Shown here: piece by piece, positions 8,896 to 18,082 of the stretch
Numbering within the stretch: position 1 is the first letter of the stretch
How the letters are laid out: every line of letters begins with the position of its first letter
IMG/VR virus record: IMGVR_UViG_3300030376_007431
Span: 1-64,000 of that record
From: a virus
Lineage: Duplodnaviria; Caudoviricetes
Reading direction: 5' to 3' (one strand)
Length of the DNA: 64,000 nt
Notes under the pieces: generated by a model
The model's database searches: none
What the model saw: only the letters and a program-made list of their open reading frames with translations
Told to the model about the DNA's origin: nothing
Position numbers and translations under genes: made by a program

Positions 8896-9441
8896 ATGAA
8901 TAGACTTAAAAACTCGCTCTGCTACCTTTGTGGAGCTATGGATCGTGTTGAAGATGGTGGTGCTGGTTGGAGAGAAAACATAACCCCAAAATTAAAAGAA
9001 ATGGGTGTTGGTGTTTTGAATCCATGTGACAAGCCAAGTGATTATGGTATCGAGAATAACGAGACTAGAGAATTGCTTGAGCAACTAAAACTATCTGAAA
9101 AGTACGATAAAGTTACTGAGTACATGAAACCTATTTGCGCGATTGATTTGCGTATGGTTGACATTGCTCACTTCATAGTCATGAGTATAGACGTAGATGC
9201 TCACCTTTGCGGGTCATATCACGAAGCGGCTGTTGCGATCAGTCAAAAGAAGCCAGTCGTCGTAATGTGTAAACAGGGAAAGAGTAAACTTCCAACTTGG
9301 ATGTTTGGAGTAATACCACATGAGATGGTATTCTCGAACTGGAGTGAAGTTTTAGAATATTTGAATCACATAAACGAAGACGAAGATGCGAAGCATCAGA
9401 ACAGATGGCGATTTTTTGACTGGGAGAAAGTATATGTTTAG
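8896..9441 (+). CDS. Nucleoside 2-deoxyribosyltransferase-like protein
   Basis: YLCGAM...WRE...VLNP...DLRMVD...GSYHE. Confidence 0.7.
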   Translation: MNRLKNSLCYLCGAMDRVEDGGAGWRENITPKLKEMGVGVLNPCDKPSDYGIENNETRELLEQLKLSEKYDKVTEYMKPICAIDLRMVDIAHFIVMSIDVDAHLCGSYHEAAVAISQKKPVVVMCKQGKSKLPTWMFGVIPHEMVFSNWSEVLEYLNHINEDEDAKHQNRWRFFDWEKVYV

Positions 9442-9601
9442 TTTCTATTGTAAGGCTTGCGATCAGGAAGTGGACTCGGAAGCGTGCAGGCTTGCAGATA
9501 TAATCGAGAACACAGGCGGCAGAGTATATGTTTTTGAGTGTTGTGACTGTGGAGAAGTTTCATCAAGCGAATTAATAGAGGAATACGAATATGACTTCTA
9601 A
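9434..9601 (+). CDS. Small zinc-ribbon protein
   Basis: CKAC...CCDCG; ATG 9434 overlaps the upstream stop. Confidence 0.55.
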   Translation: MFSFYCKACDQEVDSEACRLADIIENTGGRVYVFECCDCGEVSSSELIEEYEYDF

Positions 9602-10292
9602 AAATAATATTATAAAAGGTATCAATGAAGCCCTTGCGTCTGAGATAGATTCAATAACATTTGATAAACCTCCCACAGAAAAGCATTTGGATGTCATGAA
9701 CAAGCCATCTAGCTTGGTGACGATTGACTGGAAGAACGTGTTACCGGAACCCCCAAAGAACAGTTCAAATATAACCCGTAGAGAACTAGAATATATATCA
9801 TCTATGACTAATGATCTTTCAGAGGAAGAATATAATCTAGTCATTGAAGTTGATAAAGACCCTAACAATGTGTTTATGGGCTTACTAAAGAAATATGGCC
9901 TTGAGTTCCCAAAGGAAAAATTTGAAGAGTTCTACTTTGAACAGGTTGACCCTATAATCCTTAGCCTCAAACACAAATACGATAGAGCTAGACCATACCA
10001 GTTAGCTGAGAAGTACGATATAGATATTAATATTACTGAGACTGACACTCATCACACACCGGCATATCCATCTGGTCACACAGCTTATGCCGCTTTCGCA
10101 GGCTCTATGCTTGCCACTCTTTATCCACAACACACATCAGAATTCTATGAACTTATAAACCTAGCGGGGAGAGCTAGGATTCTACAAGGTGTACATTATC
10201 CTTCAGACAATGATGCTTCTATGGTTATAGCATCTGTGTTATATGAAGATTTGAAATATAAGATGTTTCCAGATATTAAAATCAGGGGGTGA
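9591..10292 (+). CDS. PAP2/haloperoxidase-superfamily phosphatase
   Basis: Three motifs: KxxxxRxRP (KHKYDRARPY), PSGH, and RxxxxxHYPSD. Confidence 0.85.
   Translation: MTSKNNIIKGINEALASEIDSITFDKPPTEKHLDVMNKPSSLVTIDWKNVLPEPPKNSSNITRRELEYISSMTNDLSEEEYNLVIEVDKDPNNVFMGLLKKYGLEFPKEKFEEFYFEQVDPIILSLKHKYDRARPYQLAEKYDIDINITETDTHHTPAYPSGHTAYAAFAGSMLATLYPQHTSEFYELINLAGRARILQGVHYPSDNDASMVIASVLYEDLKYKMFPDIKIRG
10251..10279 (+). promoter_or_regulatory. Possible sigma-70 promoter for tmRNA embedded in the PAP2 gene end
   Basis: TTGAAA (10251-10256), 17-nt spacer, TATTAA (10274-10279); predicted start about 10285, the tmRNA +1. Confidence 0.45.
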
Positions 10293-10626
10293 ATTGGAAT
10301 CGACCAGTAATAAAGTTATTGATCGCATGTAGTAGTTGAACGAATGGCTACTTAAAAAATCGTTCATATTTTTTTAAGTGTAGAAGAGAATTTCGCACTA
10401 GCCGCTTAATGCGGCAGGGGTATCACAGCCCTGTAAACCAAATAGTGATGATGCAGATAATTCCGCTAGAGTATATATACTTGAATTAAATATATATGAT
10501 AACAATAATTTGTTTGACTCCGATAATTCGGATAGCCTAGTATGGTGGGCGATAATAATTATACTAAACATGTAGAAGTTAATAATAATATTATGTGGCA
10601 CGCGGGTTCAAATCCCGCCACCTCCA
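10285..10626 (+). ncRNA. ssrA: tmRNA (transfer-messenger RNA); tag (A)VEENFALAA; CCA not encoded
   Basis: 5' GGGGGTGAATTGGAATCGAC; 3' T-arm GCGGGTTCAAATCCCGC. Acceptor stem GGGGGTG/CACCTCC has the G3-U alanine determinant and discriminator A. Pseudoknot-1 stems AGTAG/CTACT and TGAACGA/TCGTTCA. Tag ORF 10380-10409. Confidence 0.95.
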
Positions 10627-10743
10627 CTCTTTTATTTTGTCCTGTCCGAACAACCCCGATCATGGTGTATGCAATGGCAAAATTTTTTTTCGTGTTTTTA
10701 TAAAACTTACACACTAAAATATATGGTATTGATCGGAGAAAAA

Positions 10744-11646
10744 ATGAGCAGAATAAAAGTCTTTATACTAAATTCAAATGACACAGATGTAGAGAGTGAT
10801 TCTTTACTATCTTGGTATGACTCACAAGACCCAAACGGTTTTGTTTTTGAGCCTTCACTCGAAGGAATTCTAAGGCAATCAAAAGATCTAGATATTTCGA
10901 TAGATATTGACAAAGCAAATTACGAAGAGCTTCCATCTAAAACAGATTCTAATCTAGTTATCTTGTTAAATGAAAACAGCATGATCAGCTCTAAATATCT
11001 GCTGAATGTTGTATCACTGAATAACATGTATCCAGACTTTTCCATACTCTGCGGAAACATTGAAAACCATTACACTGGTGTGCGTGATGACTTTTTTATA
11101 AAAAAGATTAGCCCTTATTATCACTCGTATAATGTCTTCCCTTCTGAAGGTGTTGTGCTTTCGGATGTATCTAAAGATATTTCAAATTTACCTCCGTCTT
11201 ATAATATATCATTGAATGGCCTAATTTATAACAAGCTCGGAGGAGTGTGTCCTCTAAGGACATCGAGGGGGAATATATTAGATAATCGTCAGTTTGTCTC
11301 TAAGGCTTCAAAGCTAGGAGATGTAATACACTCTAAGAATCTAGGGGTAAAGAATATATTTTCAGAAAAAGATTTATCAATGTCTTCGGTGGCAAAATAT
11401 TTTTACGGACTAGGCTACCTTGCCTCAATATCCATAAAGAGCAGTGACGCTCCAGTCTATGAACATATATGGAAACAGTTTGTAGAAACCCCAGAATCTC
11501 TGGATCATAGAATCTTAGGAAGACTTACGTTTGAAAAAGAGATACCAGAAGGCCAGCACAAACTATACGGACAGAAGATGGCGATGATAAAGTGTAGTTA
11601 TCAGTGCGGTTTATTTGAAGGGCTTTCAGGTTTAGAAATATTATGA
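10744..11646 (+). CDS. Hypothetical protein, possibly a degenerate GT-A-fold glycosyltransferase
   Basis: Weak GT2-like layout (LVILLNENSMI at the DxD position); located in a glycosyltransferase cluster. Confidence 0.35.
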   Translation: MSRIKVFILNSNDTDVESDSLLSWYDSQDPNGFVFEPSLEGILRQSKDLDISIDIDKANYEELPSKTDSNLVILLNENSMISSKYLLNVVSLNNMYPDFSILCGNIENHYTGVRDDFFIKKISPYYHSYNVFPSEGVVLSDVSKDISNLPPSYNISLNGLIYNKLGGVCPLRTSRGNILDNRQFVSKASKLGDVIHSKNLGVKNIFSEKDLSMSSVAKYFYGLGYLASISIKSSDAPVYEHIWKQFVETPESLDHRILGRLTFEKEIPEGQHKLYGQKMAMIKCSYQCGLFEGLSGLEIL

Positions 11647-12611
11647 TTTCCTTGGATATTTCAAAATGCTATGGCTTTGATAAACATAGGAGTGGTTGGG
11701 GATATTGTATAAATTCTCTTAGGCCGTTTCATTCTTATTCTGGAATACATGTTGATGGTTTTGTTGAGCATAATTTTTGCTGGCATATCGAAGACTACTT
11801 TTATGGCGGAGCAAAATCTCACATACCATATAAAAAACCTTGGATTGGTTTTGTGCATAACCCTCCCAATCCCCCCAACTGGTTTGATATGTACAACTCT
11901 CCATTAGCTATGTTTTCCAGAGAGGTCTTTCAGCAATCTTTGAAGTGCTGTGAAGCGATTATTGTCTTATCTGATTACCTGAAAAGATGGGTTGAAGAAA
12001 GGTGTAGTGTCCCCTGCATATCTGTTAAACATCCAACAGAAACAAATGTTCCTAAGTGGACTCCCGAAAACTACATAAACTGTGGTCGTCCTACATTGCT
12101 ACAGATAGGTTACTGGTTAAGAAAATTAGAGTCTATTGTAGATATTAAAGTTCCATATCCATTCATAAAAAAGTGGCTACCTAGCCATAAAGGTTATGCA
12201 GAAGACTTGCTTTCAGTCTATAATAGAACTAAGCTGGATTTTTTTGAAGGTAGATACAAATGGTCTGGCGTAGAATTGTTAGACTGGGTTTCCCATGAAG
12301 ATTATGATACAATGCTTTCTGGAATTGTATTTCTTGACTTATATGATAGCTCAGCAAACAATGCTGTTATCGAATGTATAGCTAGGAATACACCTCTATT
12401 AGTAAACAGGCATCCAGCAGTCATCGAGTATTGTGGAGAAGATTACCCACTTTATTTTGACGACTTAGACCACGCCTCTTCGATTCTCGTAGATACAGAT
12501 AGAATAATTTCAGCACACGAGTATTTTAAACGTATGGATAAGTCTTGGATAAAGGGCGACTACTTTGCTAATGACCTGATTTTAAAATTAGAAAGAATAA
12601 AAAATGGATGA
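11643..12611 (+). CDS. Putative GT-B-fold glycosyltransferase-like protein
   Basis: VFLDLYDSSANNAVIECIARNTPLLVNRHPAVIEY resembles the GT-B donor-binding segment. Confidence 0.55.
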   Translation: MISLDISKCYGFDKHRSGWGYCINSLRPFHSYSGIHVDGFVEHNFCWHIEDYFYGGAKSHIPYKKPWIGFVHNPPNPPNWFDMYNSPLAMFSREVFQQSLKCCEAIIVLSDYLKRWVEERCSVPCISVKHPTETNVPKWTPENYINCGRPTLLQIGYWLRKLESIVDIKVPYPFIKKWLPSHKGYAEDLLSVYNRTKLDFFEGRYKWSGVELLDWVSHEDYDTMLSGIVFLDLYDSSANNAVIECIARNTPLLVNRHPAVIEYCGEDYPLYFDDLDHASSILVDTDRIISAHEYFKRMDKSWIKGDYFANDLILKLERIKNG

Positions 12612-15129
12612 GAGACATTATTGCACAAGACCGTTTGAGTTTTTTGAGACTTATGACGATGGCTCTATTGGTTTTTGCTGTCCTTCTTGGTATAACAACT
12701 ATGAAATAGGAAACATAAATGATAACTCTGTTGAGGAAGTCTGGAATGGCGAAGCAGCACAGGAATTAAGGCGTTCTATTCTAGATGGATCTTTCAAATA
12801 TTGCGATGAAAAAGTATGCCCACATCTGTCAACAAAAACTCACTGTGTACAAACATTACACCAAATAGAAGTTGCAGGAGAAAAGGGTTGGGACTTAGTT
12901 GCGGATGATATAAAAAATGATAGGACAATATTGAATCACAGTCCTCTTCAGATTCAGTTTGGGTACGATAGATCATGTCAGTTGGCATGTCCATCTTGCA
13001 GGCTAGAAGTGATTATGGAGGGTGGAGCGAGAAGAGAATTCATCATTGGACTACAAGATAAGTTAAGAAAAGAAGCATTTAAGGACGCTAAAACTTTTAC
13101 AATCACAGGCTCTGGAGATCCTTTTGCCAGTCCGGTCTTTAGAGAATTGCTGATGACACTCAAGGAAGAAGAGGCTCCAAATTTAGAGTACATTCAGCTT
13201 TTAACTAATGGGCTTTTGCTTGATACGTATTGGGATAAAATATCAGACTTTGCAAGGGAAAAAATAAAGCACATCTCAATCTCTATAGATGCGGCATCAG
13301 AAGAGATGTATAAAAAAGTCAGAAAGGGAGGTGACTGGAATCGCCTATTAGAGAATTTAAGTTTTACGAAGAAGCTAAAAGATGAAGGACAAATAATATC
13401 ATTTAACACTAGTTTTGTTATACAAGACGAAAATGTTGAAGAGATGTTAGATTTTGTTGACTTATGTGCAGGTTACGATGTCACCCTTGTCCAATTTCAA
13501 ACATATGAACCAGACTTTCTAGACTTCACCGAAAACTTCTTGCCTATTTGGTATGAGAGGGCTGTGCAAGAAAAAACACATCCTAAACATGGAAAATTGA
13601 TTAACGCTTTACATCATCCAAATATAAAAGCTAGGTATTTAGACTACTTAAACTGGGAGACAGTCCACGAAGACTGGGAACATGGATATGCTACAAAAGT
13701 TATGGTTGGAGGTTTAAGCTCTGTTCTGCTTCACGGAGAAGATATATCTCAATTAGAAGCTAACTTGTTAAAGTATGGTTATAAAGATGTATATTATGAT
13801 GGCAAACTTCATATTATAGAAAACAAATACCTAGAAGCTTTTGAAGATACAGAAAGAGTAAAGTTTGGAGAGCTTGATCTGGTCTGGGATGGCTCTCAAA
13901 ATAAATGGCTAACTCATGGAGACTGGGAAAATAGACAAATTCTTCTTGGGTTATTTGAGGCTCCTGTTTTTAATGAAGAAAAAGAATATGAGCTGGACAA
14001 GATAAATATGGACGCTGGAAATAGTGACCTCCCAATAGTTGATACATCTAACCTATTTTGCAAACAGCCATTTGAAAATTTTGAAGTAGATGATAATGGA
14101 AACGTAAGAACATGTTGTGCTTATTGGATGAATCAAACAATAGGAAACATACATCATTCGCCTATAGAAGAAATACTTAACTCAGAAGAAGCTAAAAAAA
14201 TTAGAGCCTCAATTTTAGATGGAAGCTTTTCTTATTGTAATAAACAAACATGTGCTAGGCTACAAAGTAAAGGTACTTATGATGATCAGTCTGGACTTTT
14301 CTCAAAAGATAAAGTGACAGATTCTCGATATAGAAAAATTATAGATGAAGATATAGTAGAAGTGGAGCGAATCAAGCACGTTAACTTCTTATGGGATGAC
14401 TCCTGCAATTTAAAATGTCCAAGCTGTAGGATAAGCTCAATATTGCATACTTCCGGCAAGAAATATGATGATGCTGTTGAAATACAAAATAAGATAATGG
14501 ATTTTGTTTTGAACGAACAGCCTAAAGGCGAGACATCGTTAAATATTACTGGGTCTGGAGATGCTTTTGGCTCCAAGGTTTTTAGAGACTTCTTAATAAA
14601 CTTTGATGGAGAACAGCACCCAGAAATTCAGATCAATTTGCAGACAAACGGCGTGATGTTTACAGAAAAAATGTGGCGATCAATGCACAAATGTCATAAT
14701 AATATAGGAGAGGTTTTAGTCTCGATTGATGCTGGCACAAAAGAAACTTATGATATAGTTAGGGTTGGTGGTAATTGGGACTTGTTGATGAAAAATATTC
14801 AGATGCTATCCAATCTGCGACTTGAAGGAAAAATAAAAGTTACACTAACTCTAGACTTTGTAGTACAAAAACACAATTACAAAGAAATGTCGTTAGCTAT
14901 TGAGTTAGCCAACTCTTTAGAGGGTGTTGACAAAATGAAGTTTTCTCTTGTTACAGATTGGGGAACTTGGAAAAGAGATGTTTTTGAAGACCATGCCGTA
15001 TGGATGGAAAACAATCCGCTACATGAAGATTTTGTAAATTCATTTAACAATGAAATTTTTTCAGGTGACAAAGTAGACTTAGGAAATGTGTATCACTATT
15101 ATGAAATAGCAAGAGGTAAAAATGATTAA
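12604..15129 (+). CDS. Tandem-duplicated radical SAM protein (two SPASM/twitch + radical SAM modules)
   Basis: Two CX3CX2C motifs (SCQLACPSC, SCNLKCPSC), each preceded by C..PFE...G...CC..W...IGNI...R.SILDGSF.YC and followed by ITGSGD.F, TNG and SIDA. Confidence 0.88.
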   Translation: MDERHYCTRPFEFFETYDDGSIGFCCPSWYNNYEIGNINDNSVEEVWNGEAAQELRRSILDGSFKYCDEKVCPHLSTKTHCVQTLHQIEVAGEKGWDLVADDIKNDRTILNHSPLQIQFGYDRSCQLACPSCRLEVIMEGGARREFIIGLQDKLRKEAFKDAKTFTITGSGDPFASPVFRELLMTLKEEEAPNLEYIQLLTNGLLLDTYWDKISDFAREKIKHISISIDAASEEMYKKVRKGGDWNRLLENLSFTKKLKDEGQIISFNTSFVIQDENVEEMLDFVDLCAGYDVTLVQFQTYEPDFLDFTENFLPIWYERAVQEKTHPKHGKLINALHHPNIKARYLDYLNWETVHEDWEHGYATKVMVGGLSSVLLHGEDISQLEANLLKYGYKDVYYDGKLHIIENKYLEAFEDTERVKFGELDLVWDGSQNKWLTHGDWENRQILLGLFEAPVFNEEKEYELDKINMDAGNSDLPIVDTSNLFCKQPFENFEVDDNGNVRTCCAYWMNQTIGNIHHSPIEEILNSEEAKKIRASILDGSFSYCNKQTCARLQSKGTYDDQSGLFSKDKVTDSRYRKIIDEDIVEVERIKHVNFLWDDSCNLKCPSCRISSILHTSGKKYDDAVEIQNKIMDFVLNEQPKGETSLNITGSGDAFGSKVFRDFLINFDGEQHPEIQINLQTNGVMFTEKMWRSMHKCHNNIGEVLVSIDAGTKETYDIVRVGGNWDLLMKNIQMLSNLRLEGKIKVTLTLDFVVQKHNYKEMSLAIELANSLEGVDKMKFSLVTDWGTWKRDVFEDHAVWMENNPLHEDFVNSFNNEIFSGDKVDLGNVYHYYEIARGKND

Positions 15130-16168
15130 CATAACAGCGCCGATCAACAATCTAGGGTATGGAGTAGCGTCTTTTAACATTGTCAAACAGCTGTTAAAGA
15201 TGAACCATGACATACAGTTAAATGTTTTAGGTAGGATAGAAGACCCCCATCAGATGTCTATTGTCTATGACTGCATAGAAAAGTCGGTGAGCAACAATTC
15301 AACATCAGTCAAAATATGGCATCAGAATGATGTACATCACCACATTGGTAAAGGTATGCATGTAGCCTTTCCTATATTTGAACTCAATGAATTTACCAAA
15401 ACTGAGAAGTGGAGCCTTGGGCATAACGACAGGATTATGGTCTGCTCTGATTGGGCTAAGGGTGTGGTAGAGAGTCAAGTTAGAGTGCCCACGAAAGTTG
15501 TTCCGCTTGGCGTTGACACTGAAATGTTTTTTCCTGCCAGTACATCAAGATCCCAGACAGTATTTTTTAACTGTGGCAAGTGGGAGGTGAGGAAAGGGCA
15601 TGATGTTTTAGTTGAATGTTTTAACAAGGCTTTTGATTACAACGACGATGTTGAACTTTGGATGATGTGTGAGAATCCCTTTTATTCGGAGGCACAGCAG
15701 GCTGAATGGATAGGCATGTATAAAAATTCTCCACTGGGCAACAAAATAAGAATCATACCTAGACAGACGGCACATGAAGATGTGTGCAATATTATGAGAC
15801 AAACTGATTGTGGTGTGTTCCCAGCTAGGGCAGAAGGTTGGAACCTAGAGCTTTTAGAAATGATGGCATGTGGAAAACATGTTATAGCTACTGACTACTC
15901 TGGACACACAGAGTTCTGTACTCATCAAAACAGCAGACTCATAGACGTAACTAGCCTTGAGAGAGCCTCTGATGGTGTATGGTTTAATGGTCAGGGTATG
16001 TGGGCGTCACTGGGAGAGACTTCAAAAGATCAGATTATAAACCACATGAGGGACATTCATAACAAGAAACAGTCGGGAGATTTAGGTCAGAATCAAGATG
16101 GGATTATAACAGCTACAGAGTTTTCTTGGGAAAACTCAGCGAAAAAGTTCTTAGAAGCTATAGAATAA
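15122..16168 (+). CDS. GT4-family (GT-B) glycosyltransferase
   Basis: GKWEVRKGHDVL, VFPARAEGWNLELLEMMACG (EX7E). Confidence 0.88.
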   Translation: MINITAPINNLGYGVASFNIVKQLLKMNHDIQLNVLGRIEDPHQMSIVYDCIEKSVSNNSTSVKIWHQNDVHHHIGKGMHVAFPIFELNEFTKTEKWSLGHNDRIMVCSDWAKGVVESQVRVPTKVVPLGVDTEMFFPASTSRSQTVFFNCGKWEVRKGHDVLVECFNKAFDYNDDVELWMMCENPFYSEAQQAEWIGMYKNSPLGNKIRIIPRQTAHEDVCNIMRQTDCGVFPARAEGWNLELLEMMACGKHVIATDYSGHTEFCTHQNSRLIDVTSLERASDGVWFNGQGMWASLGETSKDQIINHMRDIHNKKQSGDLGQNQDGIITATEFSWENSAKKFLEAIE

Positions 16169-16170
16169 AG

Positions 16171-16199
16171 TTGCAAACATGGTCACGCCATGCTAAAAT
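16171..16199 (+). promoter_or_regulatory. Sigma-70-like promoter with extended -10
   Basis: TTGCAA (16171-16176), 17-nt spacer, TGc-TAAAAT (16194-16199). Confidence 0.7.
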
Positions 16200-16240
16200 A
16201 TTTCTAGTAACCAGTTATCTTTTTTAATAAGGAGAAGAAA

Positions 16241-16414
16241 ATGGTAGATAAGCTAAAAAGCTTAGTGAGGTCAAAACGTTTTTGGACTGCTGTCGGTACT
16301 GTTGTTACCGTATGTCTTCAGGACGTTGTTGGCATCCCGCCAGAAACGGCAACGAGTATTGTTGCGGTTGCTGTCGCTTGGATTGTAGGTGATTCTCTTC
16401 GCGCAACGGAGTAG
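16241..16414 (+). CDS. 57-aa two-TM membrane protein, holin-like (not in ORF track)
   Basis: AAGGAG RBS; MVDKLKSLVRSKRFWTAVGTVVTVCLQDVVGIPPETATSIVAVAVAWIVGDSLRATE*. Confidence 0.75.
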   Translation: MVDKLKSLVRSKRFWTAVGTVVTVCLQDVVGIPPETATSIVAVAVAWIVGDSLRATE

Positions 16415-16438
16415 ACATAAATAGAGAATCATGATTCA

Positions 16439-16470
16439 GGGTTCGGTGCATGATGCGCCGGACTCTTTTT
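16439..16470 (+). terminator. Intrinsic terminator
   Basis: GGGTTCGGTGCA-TGA-TGCGCCGGACTC, a 12-bp stem with G-U pairs, followed by TTTTT. Confidence 0.75.
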
Positions 16471-16485
16471 ATAAGGAGAAAAAAA

Positions 16486-16743
16486 TTGGAATTAGATTTT
16501 ATTACAGCCGCTGAATCTCACTATAAAGCAAAAATGGATGAGGCAGCTTTAACAATGAGGGTATATATGAGAAACGCTGCCGGTATTGGAGAACACCCTC
16601 AAATTTTTGATGAGTTCAGAAATGCTCTCGAAGACTTCCAAAGCGCTAGAGAAAATTATAAGCTGGTTCAGGAATTAAAAGCTCAGTTCATAAGCTCTCA
16701 GCAAGAAGAGAGTAGTCAGGAAGGCGCAAAAGTTGAAGACTAA
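16486..16743 (+). CDS. Conserved small phage protein (GIGEH motif)
   Basis: AAGGAG RBS before TTG 16486; VYMRNAAGIGEHPQI resembles small T4-like marine phage proteins (recollection). Confidence 0.6.
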   Translation: MELDFITAAESHYKAKMDEAALTMRVYMRNAAGIGEHPQIFDEFRNALEDFQSARENYKLVQELKAQFISSQQEESSQEGAKVED

Positions 16744-17107
16744 GATAACACTACTTCCGGTAGCTTATGATATTTCAAAAGCTCCCCTAGACCCGAAAAG
16801 AAATGTTCTTCTTATAGACGAGCAACCTCTTTTTAGGTACATGGCTAACGAACAACCGCAGGAAGTACTGAGAAAAATATGCGAAGAGTATATAGGCTAT
16901 GCTTATAGCTGGCTTAAATTTGAGCTCGGTGATTTTCTCAGGCACTCAGATCATTTTGAGGTAGTCTATTATTGTAGCTTTCCCAATATGCTAGGCTGGA
17001 ACAAAAAGGGAGCCATTTTACATATGTCGATTGATGAAGAGCTACAACAGATAGGAGAACATTATTTTGACACACTATCAAGATTCACCTCAAGAAGATA
17101 CGGTTAA
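16733..17107 (+). CDS. Hypothetical protein
   Basis: ORF track; overlaps the upstream gene. Confidence 0.55.
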   Translation: MKTKITLLPVAYDISKAPLDPKRNVLLIDEQPLFRYMANEQPQEVLRKICEEYIGYAYSWLKFELGDFLRHSDHFEVVYYCSFPNMLGWNKKGAILHMSIDEELQQIGEHYFDTLSRFTSRRYG

Positions 17108-17390
17108 GTCCTGTTACTTTGAATGTTTTGTTGACAAAGAGACAGGCGCTGTAATGTTTGAATGTGGTTGGGGAGACTCAGATCTCGACCTTGATAACTT
17201 TGCTTTTATGCTAAAGATGCTCAACAAAGGCAAATATGAATCCGTAGTCTTAGAAGAGATAGGAAACCAATGTGGTGATAACGAGACAAAATTACAACAG
17301 TATTTTACTCTTCTAAATAAATATGAGGCTTTGTTTGCAGAAGAAGATTCTTCATCTGTAGCTATAAAACCTAGCAGAGTAAACCCCTAA
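17067..17390 (+). CDS. Hypothetical protein (start uncertain)
   Basis: ORF track. Confidence 0.5.
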   Translation: MTHYQDSPQEDTVKSCYFECFVDKETGAVMFECGWGDSDLDLDNFAFMLKMLNKGKYESVVLEEIGNQCGDNETKLQQYFTLLNKYEALFAEEDSSSVAIKPSRVNP

Positions 17391-17437
17391 TAGTGTGTAT
17401 AACACATTATACTATTGTCCTTTTTGGAGGCTAGGGA

Positions 17438-18082
17438 ATGTTAAATAACAAGAAGATTGCTTGGCAAAGCTGGAATGCTATGGTAACTGAGTTCTACGAG
17501 AATGACGCAGAGCTAGCTTTACTTGAAGAATTGCTTTCAGCTAACTCACACGAAGAACCTACCGAAAACACACTCAAATTTCTAGACCCAATGCCTAGAG
17601 TTTTGTACACCCCTTATGGGCCATTTCCTACAGAGTCCTTTTTGAAACCGTCTGACAGATGGGATTGTTGGATTTGTTATACTAACTTCGACGTTACTAT
17701 ATCTATGATAGAGTCCATAGAGGGGATAGATGGCGTTGAAGCGATAAAAGCTATGGGAAGATATACTATTTTTATAGGAATTGCAAAACTTTTTAATTCT
17801 ACTGAAGTTAAACTAAACATAGAGAACTTAGTAGCCGATACAAAACATATAAACAACATGGAAACCGCAGCAGAGGATCTAAAAGATGCTATAGAAGCAA
17901 TAAAAGATCAGGTTTCAAATAAACCATATTGGTCTATTTTTGTTTCCTCTGTTGGCGATATTGATTATATCATGTCAGATTCCTTAGATGAGGACTATCT
18001 TCATGATTTAAATAAATTTGAAAACTTACGTAAAAAAGTTGGTGGTATTATTATTAGGAGTTCTAATGAACAGAAACATTGA
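17438..18082 (+). CDS. Hypothetical protein
   Basis: GGAGG upstream; 214-aa ORF. Confidence 0.65.
   Translation: MLNNKKIAWQSWNAMVTEFYENDAELALLEELLSANSHEEPTENTLKFLDPMPRVLYTPYGPFPTESFLKPSDRWDCWICYTNFDVTISMIESIEGIDGVEAIKAMGRYTIFIGIAKLFNSTEVKLNIENLVADTKHINNMETAAEDLKDAIEAIKDQVSNKPYWSIFVSSVGDIDYIMSDSLDEDYLHDLNKFENLRKKVGGIIIRSSNEQKH

Noticed and set aside
10595-10626. tRNA-Ala-like T-arm and acceptor end
   Set aside because: There is no anticodon arm. It pairs with a 5' end about 340 nt upstream and encloses a tag ORF, so it is part of the tmRNA and not a tRNA.
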